Source: Octopus sinensis
Lineage: Eukaryota
DNA length: 64,000 bases
NCBI RefSeq assembly: GCF_006345805.1
Contig: NC_042998.1
Location: 205,592,001-205,656,000 of the forward strand
Reading direction: 5' to 3'
Shown here: one piece after another, positions 49,674 to 61,901 of the stretch
Position numbering within the stretch: the first letter of the stretch is position 1
How the letters are laid out: every line of letters starts with the position of its first letter
Translations under genes and position numbers: made by a program
The notes under the pieces: model-generated
What the model was told of the DNA's origin: nothing
Seen by the model: only the letters and a program-made list of their open reading frames with translations
Databases searched by the model: none

Positions 49674-50826
49674 TTATTCAAAGTAACTGCCTTCAGCTTC
49701 CACCATGGCTTTAAGACAGCTCTGGAATCTGGCTCTTGCATTCCCCACTACAACCCTTGGAAGATCTTTGAACACTTCTTTGATCTTGGCCACCAGCTTG
49801 GCCTTGCTATTGCAAGCAGAGCTGTTAGTGTCTTTCTTATTTGTATCCAATATATAGTAATCCTTGGGATTGCAACTGGAGGAATTAGGAGGCCAGAAAT
49901 TGGGGCTGGTGAAGTCATAGGAATTCTCTGACTCTTTCCAGTGGCAAGGAGCTGAATCATGCTGCTGCACATATGACCTTCCAGCAGCAACCCTATCTAG
50001 CCAGGGCTTGACCACAGTCTCCAGTTGCTTCACATAGACATCTGAGTTGAGCATAAGGCCCTGTTCAAAGATGTAGGGCAGCATGATGTCAGCTTCACTG
50101 AAGACACCCAAAGACCATCACAGTTTTGGGTAAATTGGTTTTCATGATATGTTGGACACACATGAATTGAAGGTAAGCCACCTGTTGTTTTGAGTGTTGT
50201 GCAACTGGTCAAGGCTGAAGTTTTTCTCATCTGAAAAGAACCAGATCATCCCTAGCACAACAGGATACCTCAGTTTGTTCAAGAGCTTCTTTGCCCTCAT
50301 CATCCCCTTGGCTGTCAGAATTTGTCTCTTGTGCCTCTTGTATGAGTGGAAGCAACCCCCCCCCCATTCAGGTTTGGCCTCATGATGGCAACTTCGAAAC
50401 CCATCTCTCTTGTCAAAGCTTGAATTCCCTTACTCGGATTTTTTATCACATGATCTTGCAGTTGTTGGGTGAATCCTTGTGTGTGAAGATGCAGTCAGAT
50501 CGCCAGCTTGTCCCTCTCTTCAGGCCATGGCTTTGTTGTCTCTATTGCAGCTGCCCATGCCATGCCTTTACAGTTTTCTGAGAGCCTTGAGTATCAGTCA
50601 TGGTATCACCATTTTGATACCTGGCACAAATCATTATGATACAGGTAAGTCTTTTTCAGTATCCAGATGGCCTTCAATCTTCCATGTCAGCTTTCTTTTT
50701 ATCAATCACAACTTTAATCCTTATGCTCTCCAATGCCATTGACTATTCACCAATACATCAAGCTGTTCCTGAAAAAAAAAAAGGCATTAAAAAACCCAAT
50801 CGAATTTAGCCTGAACACCCTCTACA
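49674..50826 (-). mobile_element. degenerate DD37D (maT-type) transposon
   Basis: FSDEKNF, VMVFG, QHDSAPCH, NFWPPNS..CNPKDY, FQSCLKAMVEAEGSYFE*; left end TAGAGGGTGTTC; right TIR not found. Confidence 0.8.
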
Positions 50827-52317
50827 TACGTCAATATATGCTAACACATATACATATGCATGTATATACACGCACACTTAGAAGAGTAAAATTTGCACAA
50901 GTGCTTTAAGATAAAAAAGAAGAATAGAAAATAAAACAAATATATAAAGTAATAAATAGACGGGCGTTACAAAAAAACATTTAAGAAGAGAATAATACGG
51001 TATATAGAAAAGGAGGAAGAAGTGGAAGACGAGAGAATGCGAAAGACAAGGAAGTTTATAGGTGGTAGGATTGATTTAGATGATAATGGAAGGATAATAT
51101 AGGCTGGTAGTTCGAAAAGTAATAAGATACTTGAATACTAGAATTCATCGACCCAATATTAAATATTTACCATTTAATATTTACTGTTCCACAACGAGGA
51201 AGCTAATAGAACAAATTACAATAGAGAGGTGTCTATCCAGTGATTAAATGTGAATGACGGAGTTATGAACATATCTAATACTTGAATAACAATCAAATCA
51301 TTATATCGAACTATAATGTCCGTTACTCTATATAAACTAAGGTAAGGCCTGTCTGTGAAGTGTTGTTTTTGTACTTGATGTTGGTGGAAACGAAAATGTC
51401 TTTCTAAGGCTGCGTATAAAAAAAATTAACAACACTCACGAACAATTAACACAAACTTTGTTAACTGCACATAGCGTTTTCTGTGTTGGTCATTTTGCAA
51501 AAACTAACAGCAACAATTAGCCACCAGGAGAGACATACTGCCGGGATCTACAACAATTTAACTGCTGTATAGCAATCTGTGGCTGATCCAGCACAACTGG
51601 AAAATAATCACACTCTGTTCATGGTGACTAAATCTGTATCTTCTAACTGCCATGAGAATGGAGACGTCAGGTGGCTGCCTCGACATGCCAGAGTTGCCAC
51701 CAAAAGCCACCTTTATATAGGGCTCAATGAGGAAGTTCTAGAAAGTTAAAAGTGATGCCATTTTAGCCATGTCTCTTCTTCAAGAGCCGCGAGTATGGTT
51801 ATGTAATCTCCATTTGAAGTGGGGAAGTAGAAATTCTGTCGGTAAATATATTCTGGTTTGTATGGATATTACAGTCGTATACAATATTTTTGGTCAAGTA
51901 CTTATTATTAAGAGGGTACTAAAATCTATTTCTACAGTTACATAGTCTTGATGACGGAAAGACGGGGTTATTACAGGTACAGGTATATGCATGTGCGTAT
52001 ATCGTGTGTGTGTGTGTGTGTGTATACGTGTGGATATAAATGTGTGTTTATATGAATAAAAATTCAATAAAATAAATGACAAATAGTTTTCTTTGAACCA
52101 GTATAAATATTTGCCTCAGTGCCAAGTATCAGTAAAAAAATCCTGTTTCTTTTATCTTAGGTCCATAACTGTAAATTATAAATTCATCCCTTCGTTTTGT
52201 ACGATTCTTGATACACCTACTCTGTTCATTTTATAAATCAGTACCTTTGACTATAACTTTACTTGTTTCGGAAACAAGTCGCTATTCAGTTCTATATTTA
52301 AGAAATGAGGAATTATA

Positions 52318-52582
52318 TACATTATTTACATTTGATGGATGTAGTGGTTAAGAGCGCAGGCTACTAACCCCAACATTCCGAGTTCGATTCCAGGCAGTGA
52401 CCTGAATAATAATAATAATAATAATAACAACAACAACAACATAGAAAAATACCTTAGGAATAAGAACCCAGGTTCGAAATTTCCGCAAGACACCTGATAA
52501 AAGCTGGAGGGTATATCAGCCGAAATGTTGTGTTAACAACAAACAAGATGAGGACAAATGTCGGTCAAATGTAAATAATGTA
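52318..52582 (+). mobile_element. tRNA-headed SINE-like element carrying a hammerhead motif
   Basis: A-box-like gtagtggttaag (52341), B box gttcgattcc (52382-52391), (AAT)n, then acac-CTGATAA-a-agctg…cagcc-GAAA-tGTT^gtgt (52490-52533); 18-bp perfect inverted terminus. Confidence 0.7.
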
Positions 52583-52924
52583 AATAATGGAAATTGTGAT
52601 TCAACTCTATTTAAAATATTGCCTGATGTCCGTGAGAATTGCGTAATCCAAAATATTGTATTATGCTTAAATTAAATATTCGTAGCGACACAACTGTAGC
52701 AAAATTAAAAGTCCATTCGTTCTTTTATTTCTATTTCGCTCCACACTAAGGTCTCTACTTGTAAACAATTAGAATTGCAGATTACCCAACAATAGTGTCT
52801 GATTTTTGCCGATGCTTTCTGTTCTGATAAATGGATTACATCACTTGCTGCTCTGCGTGATTCTGTCTAGCCAATCAGTGTCATACTCGACGTTGATGTA
52901 CCTCGATTCACGCACGCACACACA

Positions 52925-52961
<37 letters not shown>

Positions 52962-52964
<3 letters not shown>

Positions 52965-53164
52965 GCGTGGAAGGTGTTTATAAGCCATTTAAGAAACACC
53001 CAAAAACCGTTAGATTCACTTCAACATTTAAATTTAATTTGTCAAAATATTTTCGTCACTTTGAAACCGCGACCTGTTCACTGACAAATTAAATTTAAAT
53101 GTTGAAGTGAATCTAACGGTTTTTGTGTGTTTCTTAAATGGCTTATAAACACCTTCCACGCTGC
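52962..53164 (-). ncRNA. 83-bp fold-back whose loop is a variant hammerhead core (G3-C8)
   Basis: Arms 52962-53044/53082-53164 (one mismatch seen); the minus-strand loop reads GTGAACA-g-gtcgc ggtttcaaa gtgac-GAAA-ata-TTT^. Confidence 0.55.
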
Positions 53165-53229
53165 AATTGTTTTCGTTCCAGCACACGATCTCAGATCAGG
53201 TCACTTGGTATGCAAGCACATCTCCGTAA

Positions 53230-53895
<666 letters not shown>

Positions 53896-53971
53896 TGTGT
53901 GTGTTTGTGGAAAATCAGTGTGTGTTTGTTTGTGGCATTGTTAGCTAACGTTTTATTGATTTTGATGAAAC

Positions 53972-54408
53972 TTGACAAGTGAGTAGAACTCATGTCTGGA
54001 AACCTCGTGACATACTTAAATTTTTGAAAACATCGATAATACGGCCCCTGGAAGGGACCTTTATATCTACCTCGTATAACTATTTATTTTAAACACCCAA
54101 CAGAAATAACCCATAGCACCTGTACAATACTTTTTTAAACACTCAAGGGAAATATCCCATTTCATTGTTTATGTTCGATTACTTTGAATATTGATTTTTT
54201 GTGTGTCCTATTTCTAATTTTTGCAGACAATATCACTTTTATACTTTATTTGACACGTGAGTAGAACTCATGTCTGGAAATCTCGTGGCATACTTAGATT
54301 GTTAAAAAAAAAATGATAATAGGGCCCTTCCAATGGATCCTTCTATCTACTACATATTACTAATATTTTATTTAAACAACCCAAGGGAAATAGCCCATAC
54401 CACCTGCA
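53972..54408 (+). repeat. diverged tandem duplication (period 278 bp), probably inside a Helitron-like element
   Basis: ttgaca.gtgagtagaactcatgtctggaaa at 53972 and 54250; upstream gatgaaacttgaca is shared with the 25508 element. Confidence 0.6.
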
Positions 54409-56565
54409 GATTTTAGTGAAGCGATCAATATTTGATTCTCACGATCAGCCGGCCTAATTCTGCATTTCATTACTCAAAGTTTTGAACTGCTAAACATTAT
54501 TATTGCACTTCCTTCATTTGAATCTTAAACACTAGACTTCATTCATACATTTTTATACATACTTTTTTGAATGCTCATTACTCTGATAATTCTGCATTTT
54601 TGCAGTTACACTTTTTCCATGACAGTAGATAAATTTTTTATTCCACAACATATTTGTAGTGGCTTCATGCAGGTATAGCGTGGATTCGATCCTCGATTGC
54701 CAAATTTCACTTAACACTTCAACAGCGCTTTTCTGACTGTTAAACAATAGTTTTTCTGTGCATGACAGCAGTTATACATTTCCCAGATGCATTCGCTAAG
54801 CAGAATGTATTTGCCTCTTGCCAACCTCCAACAATCCCTCCCTCCTCCAGCTGACAGTTTTTGTACTTTTTTGTGATGGAAAATACACCGTTTGTGTCAG
54901 TTATAACGAAATTGCTTTCTTATATCAGAGTAATAAGGTGTTTCAATAGAACATCTCCACCCCCGGGAATTAAATTACCAGGTACACCAGCTAGTATATA
55001 TATATATATATATGCATATATGAGTACAGGACATCACCAACGGTTCGAACAACATGAAATACGTAAACAACGAGAAAAACATGGAAAACAGGTGAAGTAA
55101 ACACAGAGAAAGGATCCTTCATCAGTTGTCGGCTGTCTATCTACTCCTCATTTCGATATATATATATATATAATGTAATTGTGTGTAAATCCTTGCATAT
55201 AACTGTATGTGTGCAGATTCAATGCTCGTTCCATGATGAGGCGTTCCTTCCGAGCCCTTTACTCCAAATGGAAATAAGACGAACAGAGTCAGCAACGATG
55301 GGTTTCTCGCTGCTTGGGCAGTCCTTTTATAAAACGATGTCAATTATTAACTGTAGAAAGACATTTATAGAGCAGACCGGCCCCTATCCTACAATGCTGT
55401 AGTTGTGCTGGAGTTATTAAGAGATTCATCTTACAATTCCATAGCTCCAGGTTCGATCCTAATGCGTGGCGTCTTTGGTCGACAGACTTTTATGAAAGAA
55501 ATCTGATGGACCGGAACGATTGTGTCGAAGAATGTCAACGAGTTCGATCCTGTTCTACCTTTGTAGACACAATCAATCACGCTGTTTTACAGACATTCAG
55601 GTTGGGCCGCCAGTTTAGGGTTAGTTTCTTCTCTTCATCTTCTCTGTCTCAAGGTACCTGGAAAGAGTCGGGGCTATTGCCCATCCTCTTTTCAGCCGCT
55701 AATATAAACCTCTCTCATAAGAATTTTTCTTCTACCACCACAAACTGTGGTTCTATCTACACTCAGTACGATGTCAGTGTTCCCACCTCTTACCTCTGAC
55801 TTATAACTGTATACCTACCTCTTTTTCACCTACTTTGACACATTCCTTACACGGTGTCCCAGTATGGGCCACCTAAGACAGCCATTCACCCAGCCCTTCT
55901 TTTCCCTGCAACTTTCCCCCATGTTTCAATTCCTAATCTGCAACAATGATTTGAAACAGATTCCATCAGATTTTGGATTTCAAGTCTACTCAGTCTGAGC
56001 TGGCCTGGGGTTAAATAACAACAACAGTGACTAAAAAAAAATAGCAGTAGCAGCAACAGCAACAAGAAAGAAAGAAAAACAACAACAACAGCACCAGTGT
56101 TAATAAATCTTATTCTGAGAGGATATGTAAGAACTATAACAACAACAACAACAACAACAACTGCTGCTGCTGCTGCTGGAGTATCGGCTTATCACCTCCT
56201 CTTCCACCCCCATCCTGCCATCCCTCCTCCCTTCCACTCTCTCCATGCCCCTCCCCTTCCAACAAAGCCATTAAAACTACTGTAAACCACACGTTTGTCC
56301 ATGTAATGTTTTGATCAGATCTTCCTGGTCACGCCTCCTCTTCGGTGGGTTGGACCGTGAAAACAGCTCAAGATGGAGCTTCACTATGATACTAGCATTA
56401 CAGCAACAACAGCAACAATAATGTTAATGGTATTGTAGTCGGTGGTGGTAACGACAATTCCTTTGTTTTCCAGAGGCATCATTAACGGATTTCTTTTCTG
56501 CTATTCGCTTTCTCCCTCCACCCCCTCTCGCACCCCGTATACACACGTATGAGTGTGTGCATGTA

Positions 56566-56600
<35 letters not shown>

Positions 56601-57099
56601 CTGGTCATGGAGATAATTTGTCTGATGTTACTGGAATCAGATAGGTATGTTCAGATTTTTTTCAGTGCTACCAAATTTAAAATATATATATATATATATA
56701 TATAGACGTGGACACACACACGCACTCGTGTTTTGAATTTTACTTACATAGGTTAGGAACAAACAGGATATGTGTGTTGCGTGCGTGCGTGTGTGTTCGT
56801 TTGTGTGTGTGTGTGTGTGTATATGTATATACTCGTGCACTCACACTCACAGCGGGAAGAGACAACAGTTGGGTTGTTAGACTGATGGATCATATGGTCG
56901 TTGGGTCAGTTCTTGAACCGAGAGGCATAGTATGCCCTTGAGCATAAAAACGAGTTGCAGCCTATTGCTGGTGCAGCCCTTTAGCTGTTATATCCTCGAT
57001 AACCGTGTGGGTCGTGATAGGATAGCCAAGACATTTGCTCGCTCCTTCATAAATGCCTATATATAGTTGAAATTATATATATATATATATAGTTGAAAT

Positions 57100-57245
57100 T
57101 TACAGAAAAACAAATGACGAAGACAGGTGTATTAGTTTAACGCTCGGGAAGGTGAAAAAGTTTTTCACGTTTCGAGCCTACGCTCTTCAACAGAAAGGAA
57201 CGTGAGGAAATAAACAGAGAGAATAAACAATGCATTGTGACCATC

Positions 57246-57250
<5 letters not shown>
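57100..57250 (-). mobile_element. pseudo-LTR family A, hammerhead with non-cleavable GUG triplet
   Basis: Reverse complement cttt-CTGTTGA-a-gagc gtag gctc-GAAA-cGTG; flanked by (TA)n/(TG)n. Confidence 0.65.
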
Positions 57251-57277
<27 letters not shown>

Positions 57278-57439
57278 CTGAAACAATATCTACAGTCTAT
57301 TTTATATAGAAACATAGAACGGGGATAGCAACAATATTCTTGTTTGGCATATTCTAATTCTATTCTCTTCGAAATATTTGGACGCATTCAATATATTTTT
57401 CTCCATGGTGCTCTCTAGCAAAACTTTCTTAATGTTCTA

Positions 57440-58708
57440 CGAGGGGCGTTCAATAAGTAATGCCTCTGACCCACTTGCCTTTGTTTGATCTAGCTGAAAT
57501 TTTGCATGTGCAATTACTTATATCTCTATAGATTAAGTGGCAAATTACAGCTCCGAACTAATTGTGGTTTCTGATTTACAGGTGTTTGAAATGAGTCAAG
57601 TGGGAAATGGAGCATGTTGAGTGTCGAGCAGTGATCTGGTTTTTGTATTTGAAAGGACGCACACTACAGGAGACTTTTAATGAAATGAAAGTAACTTATG
57701 GTGATGATGCCCCATCATATGACCTTGTAAAACGCTGGCATCGTGAATTCAAACATGGTCGGAACTCTGTGGAAACAGCTCCCAGATCTGGTCGCACCCC
57801 TTCTGCCATTGATGAAGCATCTGTCCGTCAAGTTGAGGCTGCCATTTTGGAAGATCGACGCATAACTATTCACCAAATAGCCCATGAGGTCAAGATTAGT
57901 ACCGGGTCTGTGGAAACTATCATTCATGACCATTTGCTTATGCAAAAGGTGTCTGCCAGATGGATTTCCAGGTTGCTCACACTTTTCCAGAAGCAAGAAC
58001 GCAAGAATTCCAGAAGCAAGAATTTAGGGATGTGCCAAGAAGATGAGTCAAAATTTTTCAAAAGACTGATTACACAGGATAAGACCTGGGTCCATCACTA
58101 TGATCCAGAGACCAAAGCCCAGTCAATGCAATGGAAGCACCATGACTCACCTCCTCCAAAGAAGGCAAGGGTGCAGCCCTCCGCTAGCAAGGTCATGCTC
58201 ACAGTCTTCTGGAACCAGGACGGAGTAGTGATGACAGATTTCCTGGCAAAGGGTACCACAATTACAGGAGCCTATCATGTTTCACTTTTGAGGAAATTAA
58301 GAAGCTATCAAAACCAAGAGGCGGGGCAAGATCAGCAAAGGCATCCTCCTCTTGCAGGACAACGCTCCGGTCCACAACTCGCGTGTCGCCAGATCAGAAG
58401 CACAGGCGTGTGGCTATGAACTCTTCCCCTTGCACCCTCTGATTTTCACCTCTTCCCAGCCATGAAGTTGTTTTTGAAAGGAAAGCGTTTCCCAGATGAT
58501 GCAGCCTTGATTTCTGAAGTCACGTCGTGGTTGGAGGACCAAGCTGGGGTCTTCTACGAAAACGGTCTCCAGAACTGCATCAAACGATGGGAGAAATGCG
58601 TACCTCTGGGTTGTTCCTATGTAGAAAAAGACTAATACCTGTGCCAAGTTTCGTTGCTCTACTGCTATGGGAAGTGGGTCAGGGGCTTTACTTATTGAAC
58701 GCCCCTCG
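57440..58708 (+). mobile_element. full-length mariner transposon (irritans-like), 1269 bp
   Basis: 37-bp TIRs cgaggggcgttcaataagtaa… (2 mismatches); TA TSD at 57438-57439 and 58709-58710. Confidence 0.95.
57607..58635 (+). pseudogene. mariner transposase, frameshifted
   Basis: HTH N-terminus, W(V/I)P-type linker, ITQDKTWVH, QDNAPVH, LAPSDFHLF, RWEKC; frameshift near 58300; (H)PPYSPD motif missing. Confidence 0.95.
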
Positions 58709-60962
58709 TACGTGTATATTTCCTAAGTTCACATCTAACTTGAAACCATTGTCTTGTTTTGGAAGGATGTATTTTCTCAGATTATTGTTTTCTGCTCAGA
58801 AGAAACTTCCGCTTTCTGCCTTCCGCGCGAATTCACTTAGTCTTTTCCCCCTTCAGTCTGTTATGCCACAATTCAGCTTACACTTAGAATATTTTCTGTT
58901 TTCAAGACTTCAACATTATCAGTTACAATGTCTTTCCAAGATATGTTAAACTTTATCGAAAACACTTTCACGAAAAACCTTCCATCTGATTGATATGTCT
59001 TGAATATAAAGTCCATGATTCACACGGTTATACAACAACAAACATACAATAACAACATAGGCCAATTGTATGGTTTCAAGATAAACATTTTCTAGTGTCC
59101 AAAGAGAAGATTGTAATTTTCCAAAAGATAACCACGGCTTCTGGATACTATTTGTGATTTCGTAATGCCTGAAGGAAAATATTGTTTCCCTACTATGCAC
59201 CGTTGTTTTAGGGCCCAAGCTAAGATTTCCAGATCAGAAAAATATGTCACAAAAATATGTGACAGGTCAATGAAATTTTGCTCACGAGTATTTGTAAAAC
59301 CGTTTTTATTGTGTGTGACAATATCACAGTCAGTCGGGTACAAAGTCTGTCATCAGAGATACAGAAGTGAGTAATTTTTATCGTTAGTCGTGTAATGCTG
59401 TTGTCAATCTCTTAACGTCGTCTTTCATAGATGGGTCTACATAGTGTCTATAGTAGTATGAGGGACAGAGTTCAGCATCTCATAGCCTGGCTGTACAGTC
59501 TGTGGTGGTGTCGTTCCACTTCTTTAAGGATAGTTTTGTTAATGTGGCGTTGTTGGACAGAGGCCCAACCTTCTTCCTTTTCTCATCAATCATCTCCTTC
59601 TTTGTTTCACAACAATCCTAGACTAATACATTCAAACAAGCTGTGCACTTTTTAATACGTGTCTATCAAACATGAGAAACATAGAGCTTTTGCTTTCACT
59701 TTTGCCACTTAATTCTTAGGCAGTAATTTTGTCCGTGCAAACTGTCAAGCAGCGTTCATTGTTCTTTTCAAAAGGTTGAAGATGGGTTCCCTTCTAGAAT
59801 CACCAATTATTAGGATTCGCTTGAGTGATCTTCCTTTCGGAAGTTTTGCAACAATCATCAGAGTTTCACTTATGACATTTGTGACACACGTTCACACAGT
59901 GTTTACTCTGTCACTCATTTAACGACATTGCATCACCTTTGTGTTGTTTACAGTCCAGATCCAAGTAATTCGAGACCATTCAAGAACAGGGTCTTTCCAG
60001 CTTTGATTGTTCGGCCTTTCATGCTGCGATCTACTGCTTGGCGTTTCGTGTAAACTTGAGATTGATGGTCCAATGATTTTATAAACTGACAAAACTTTTC
60101 ATTTACCAGTCACAGTTCTTTTTTCTAAAGGCAATTATCTTATTCCTAAGAAGGTCTGGTTGGCCAGTTCCCATAGACCTTAGATAATCCACCATTAAGT
60201 CGTTGCTTCTGCTTCAACTGAAATGTTTTCTTCAATTGTCTGATATTTCTCTTGAGTCTGTCGTCGTCATTTTTTATTCTTTTTTGGTGGGGGAGGGGCG
60301 TGGTTGACTTTGGTTGTATGTTTCATTTCAATCGATTGCTACTACTGCCATCTGTTGGCGAATAGTGACTGACACACAGCAACAGGGGAAACAGTCAACG
60401 TGTTAGAATATTCTTTAGCAACTGGATTGATCACAGATAACATCAAGCAGGCAACTTATCGATTGCATCTTGTCATCGTTCGTTGATGTAAATCGTGAAC
60501 TTCTTTCTGTTTGAATCCTGCCGTTGGCTGGATTTGTCTTGTTTATATTATTATTATTATTATCAATGGTCATCACGGCCCCATGAAAGGCCGGAAGCCC
60601 TAGCTTTGTGTGTTGTTTTTGCTTTCATTTCGGCTGTTTTTTTTTTCTTACTTGTTTCAGTCATACTGGAGCACCAACTCGAAAAATTTTTAGCCGAATG
60701 AATCGACCACAATGGTTGTTCTTTTTAAAGCCTGGTCCTTACTATATCGGTCAATTTTGTCGAACCGCTAAGTATGGAGACCTAAACACACCAACACGGT
60801 TGTCAAGCAGTGGTGGGGGACAGAAACAAACACACACACACACACACGCATATGAATGGCGCAATCAAGACTGAATTGGAAGCGCATTGTGAACAGCGGT
60901 GTATAACAGAATCTGATGGTCTGATCGATACCGTGATACATACACACACACACACACACAGA

Positions 60963-61002
<40 letters not shown>

Positions 61003-61454
61003 CCGACCTGTTTCCTCTTTTCATTGTTTTTGCAAGCCTTATTATTATTGTATCCCCATCTAATAGCGTTATCGTTGTCTTTCGTCTCAAATGCTAGCTG
61101 AAGCATAAAAACTTTCACTCACAAAAACTTATTCACACCACCGCAAAGCATTTCATCTCAACCCTGTCTTCTTTCTGCCGCCTAAAACCTCATCTCCCAA
61201 TGCGCGGTGCGCCCGCCCTCCCACCCCCACCACCAATACCGGATATCTCTATATTTTGCTCCATCTATACCGGATGTCGCTTCTCCCACCACCATTATAG
61301 GTGTCTACTCTTCGAACCCCCCTCTTCAATACGCTATTTCACCATGCATTACCCCTCTCTCGATATCCTACATTCTACTTGCCTAGAACCTGTCATCATT
61401 TCTCTGAACCACCCCTCCCCACTGGTGCTCCCCTATATTTCTGCACCCCCCCCA

Positions 61455-61703
61455 CACATAAAAAGCACCATCCGAACGTGGCCGATGCCAGACCCCTCTG
61501 GCACCTGTGCAGGTGGCACGTAAAAATCACCCACTACACTCGCGGAGTGGTTGGCGTTAGGAAGGGCATCCAGCTGTAGAAACACTGCCAGACTAGACTG
61601 GAGCCTGGGGCAGTCCCCAGCTCCCCAGACCCCGGTCGAAACCGTCCAACCCGTGCTAGCGCGGAAAACGGACGTTAAACGATGATGATGATGATGATGA
61701 TGA
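61455..61703 (+). mobile_element. young RTE-tail SINE-like copy
   Basis: CpG-rich, very similar to 28900-29135, (GAT)n tail. Confidence 0.85.
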
Positions 61704-61807
61704 TATAGTAGAAAAAAAACTAACGGAAGGTGCTGTGCAGTGAACCTGGAACCTCCTGATTGGAATGCAAATTATCTTACCATGCAGTCACCATGCACGT
61801 GCCAACT

Positions 61808-61901
61808 AAAAATATGGAATGTTTCACGAATTCGCGTCCCATCTTTGCGCAGAGACCCTGCTAATCTTCTCTGTATTGTTTCTATTTTAGAATATGTTCT
61901 G
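61808..61901 (-). pseudogene. U6: U6 snRNA pseudogene, about 13 nt missing at the 5' end
   Basis: Hand alignment to metazoan U6 from memory gives 14 mismatches over about 94 nt; ACAGAGA box and AGC triad intact; ends in the native U tail. Confidence 0.9.

Noticed and set aside
52341-52400. Functional tRNA gene
   Set aside because: 5' acceptor strand missing and no complete cloverleaf; it continues into a SINE-like body
54553-54760. Minus ORF FNSQKSAVEVLSEIWQSRIESTLYL… as an exon
   Set aside because: Splice signals weak and no recognisable homology; not supportable without a search
55100-55155. Hammerhead halves in a pseudo-LTR-like fragment
   Set aside because: Halves in type II order without helix I or II pairing; truncated by (TA)n
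57607-58419. SETMAR-like domesticated gene
   Set aside because: Both TIRs and TSD present, frameshifted, no SET domain or fusion exon seen
59830-59865. CTGATGA followed by GAAA on the minus strand
   Set aside because: GAAA is the loop of a cttcc/ggaag hairpin, not a hammerhead junction
60347-60359. CTCF-like site (ccaacagatggc)
   Set aside because: One short imperfect match in 64 kb is expected by chance, and such motifs are common in transposon ends
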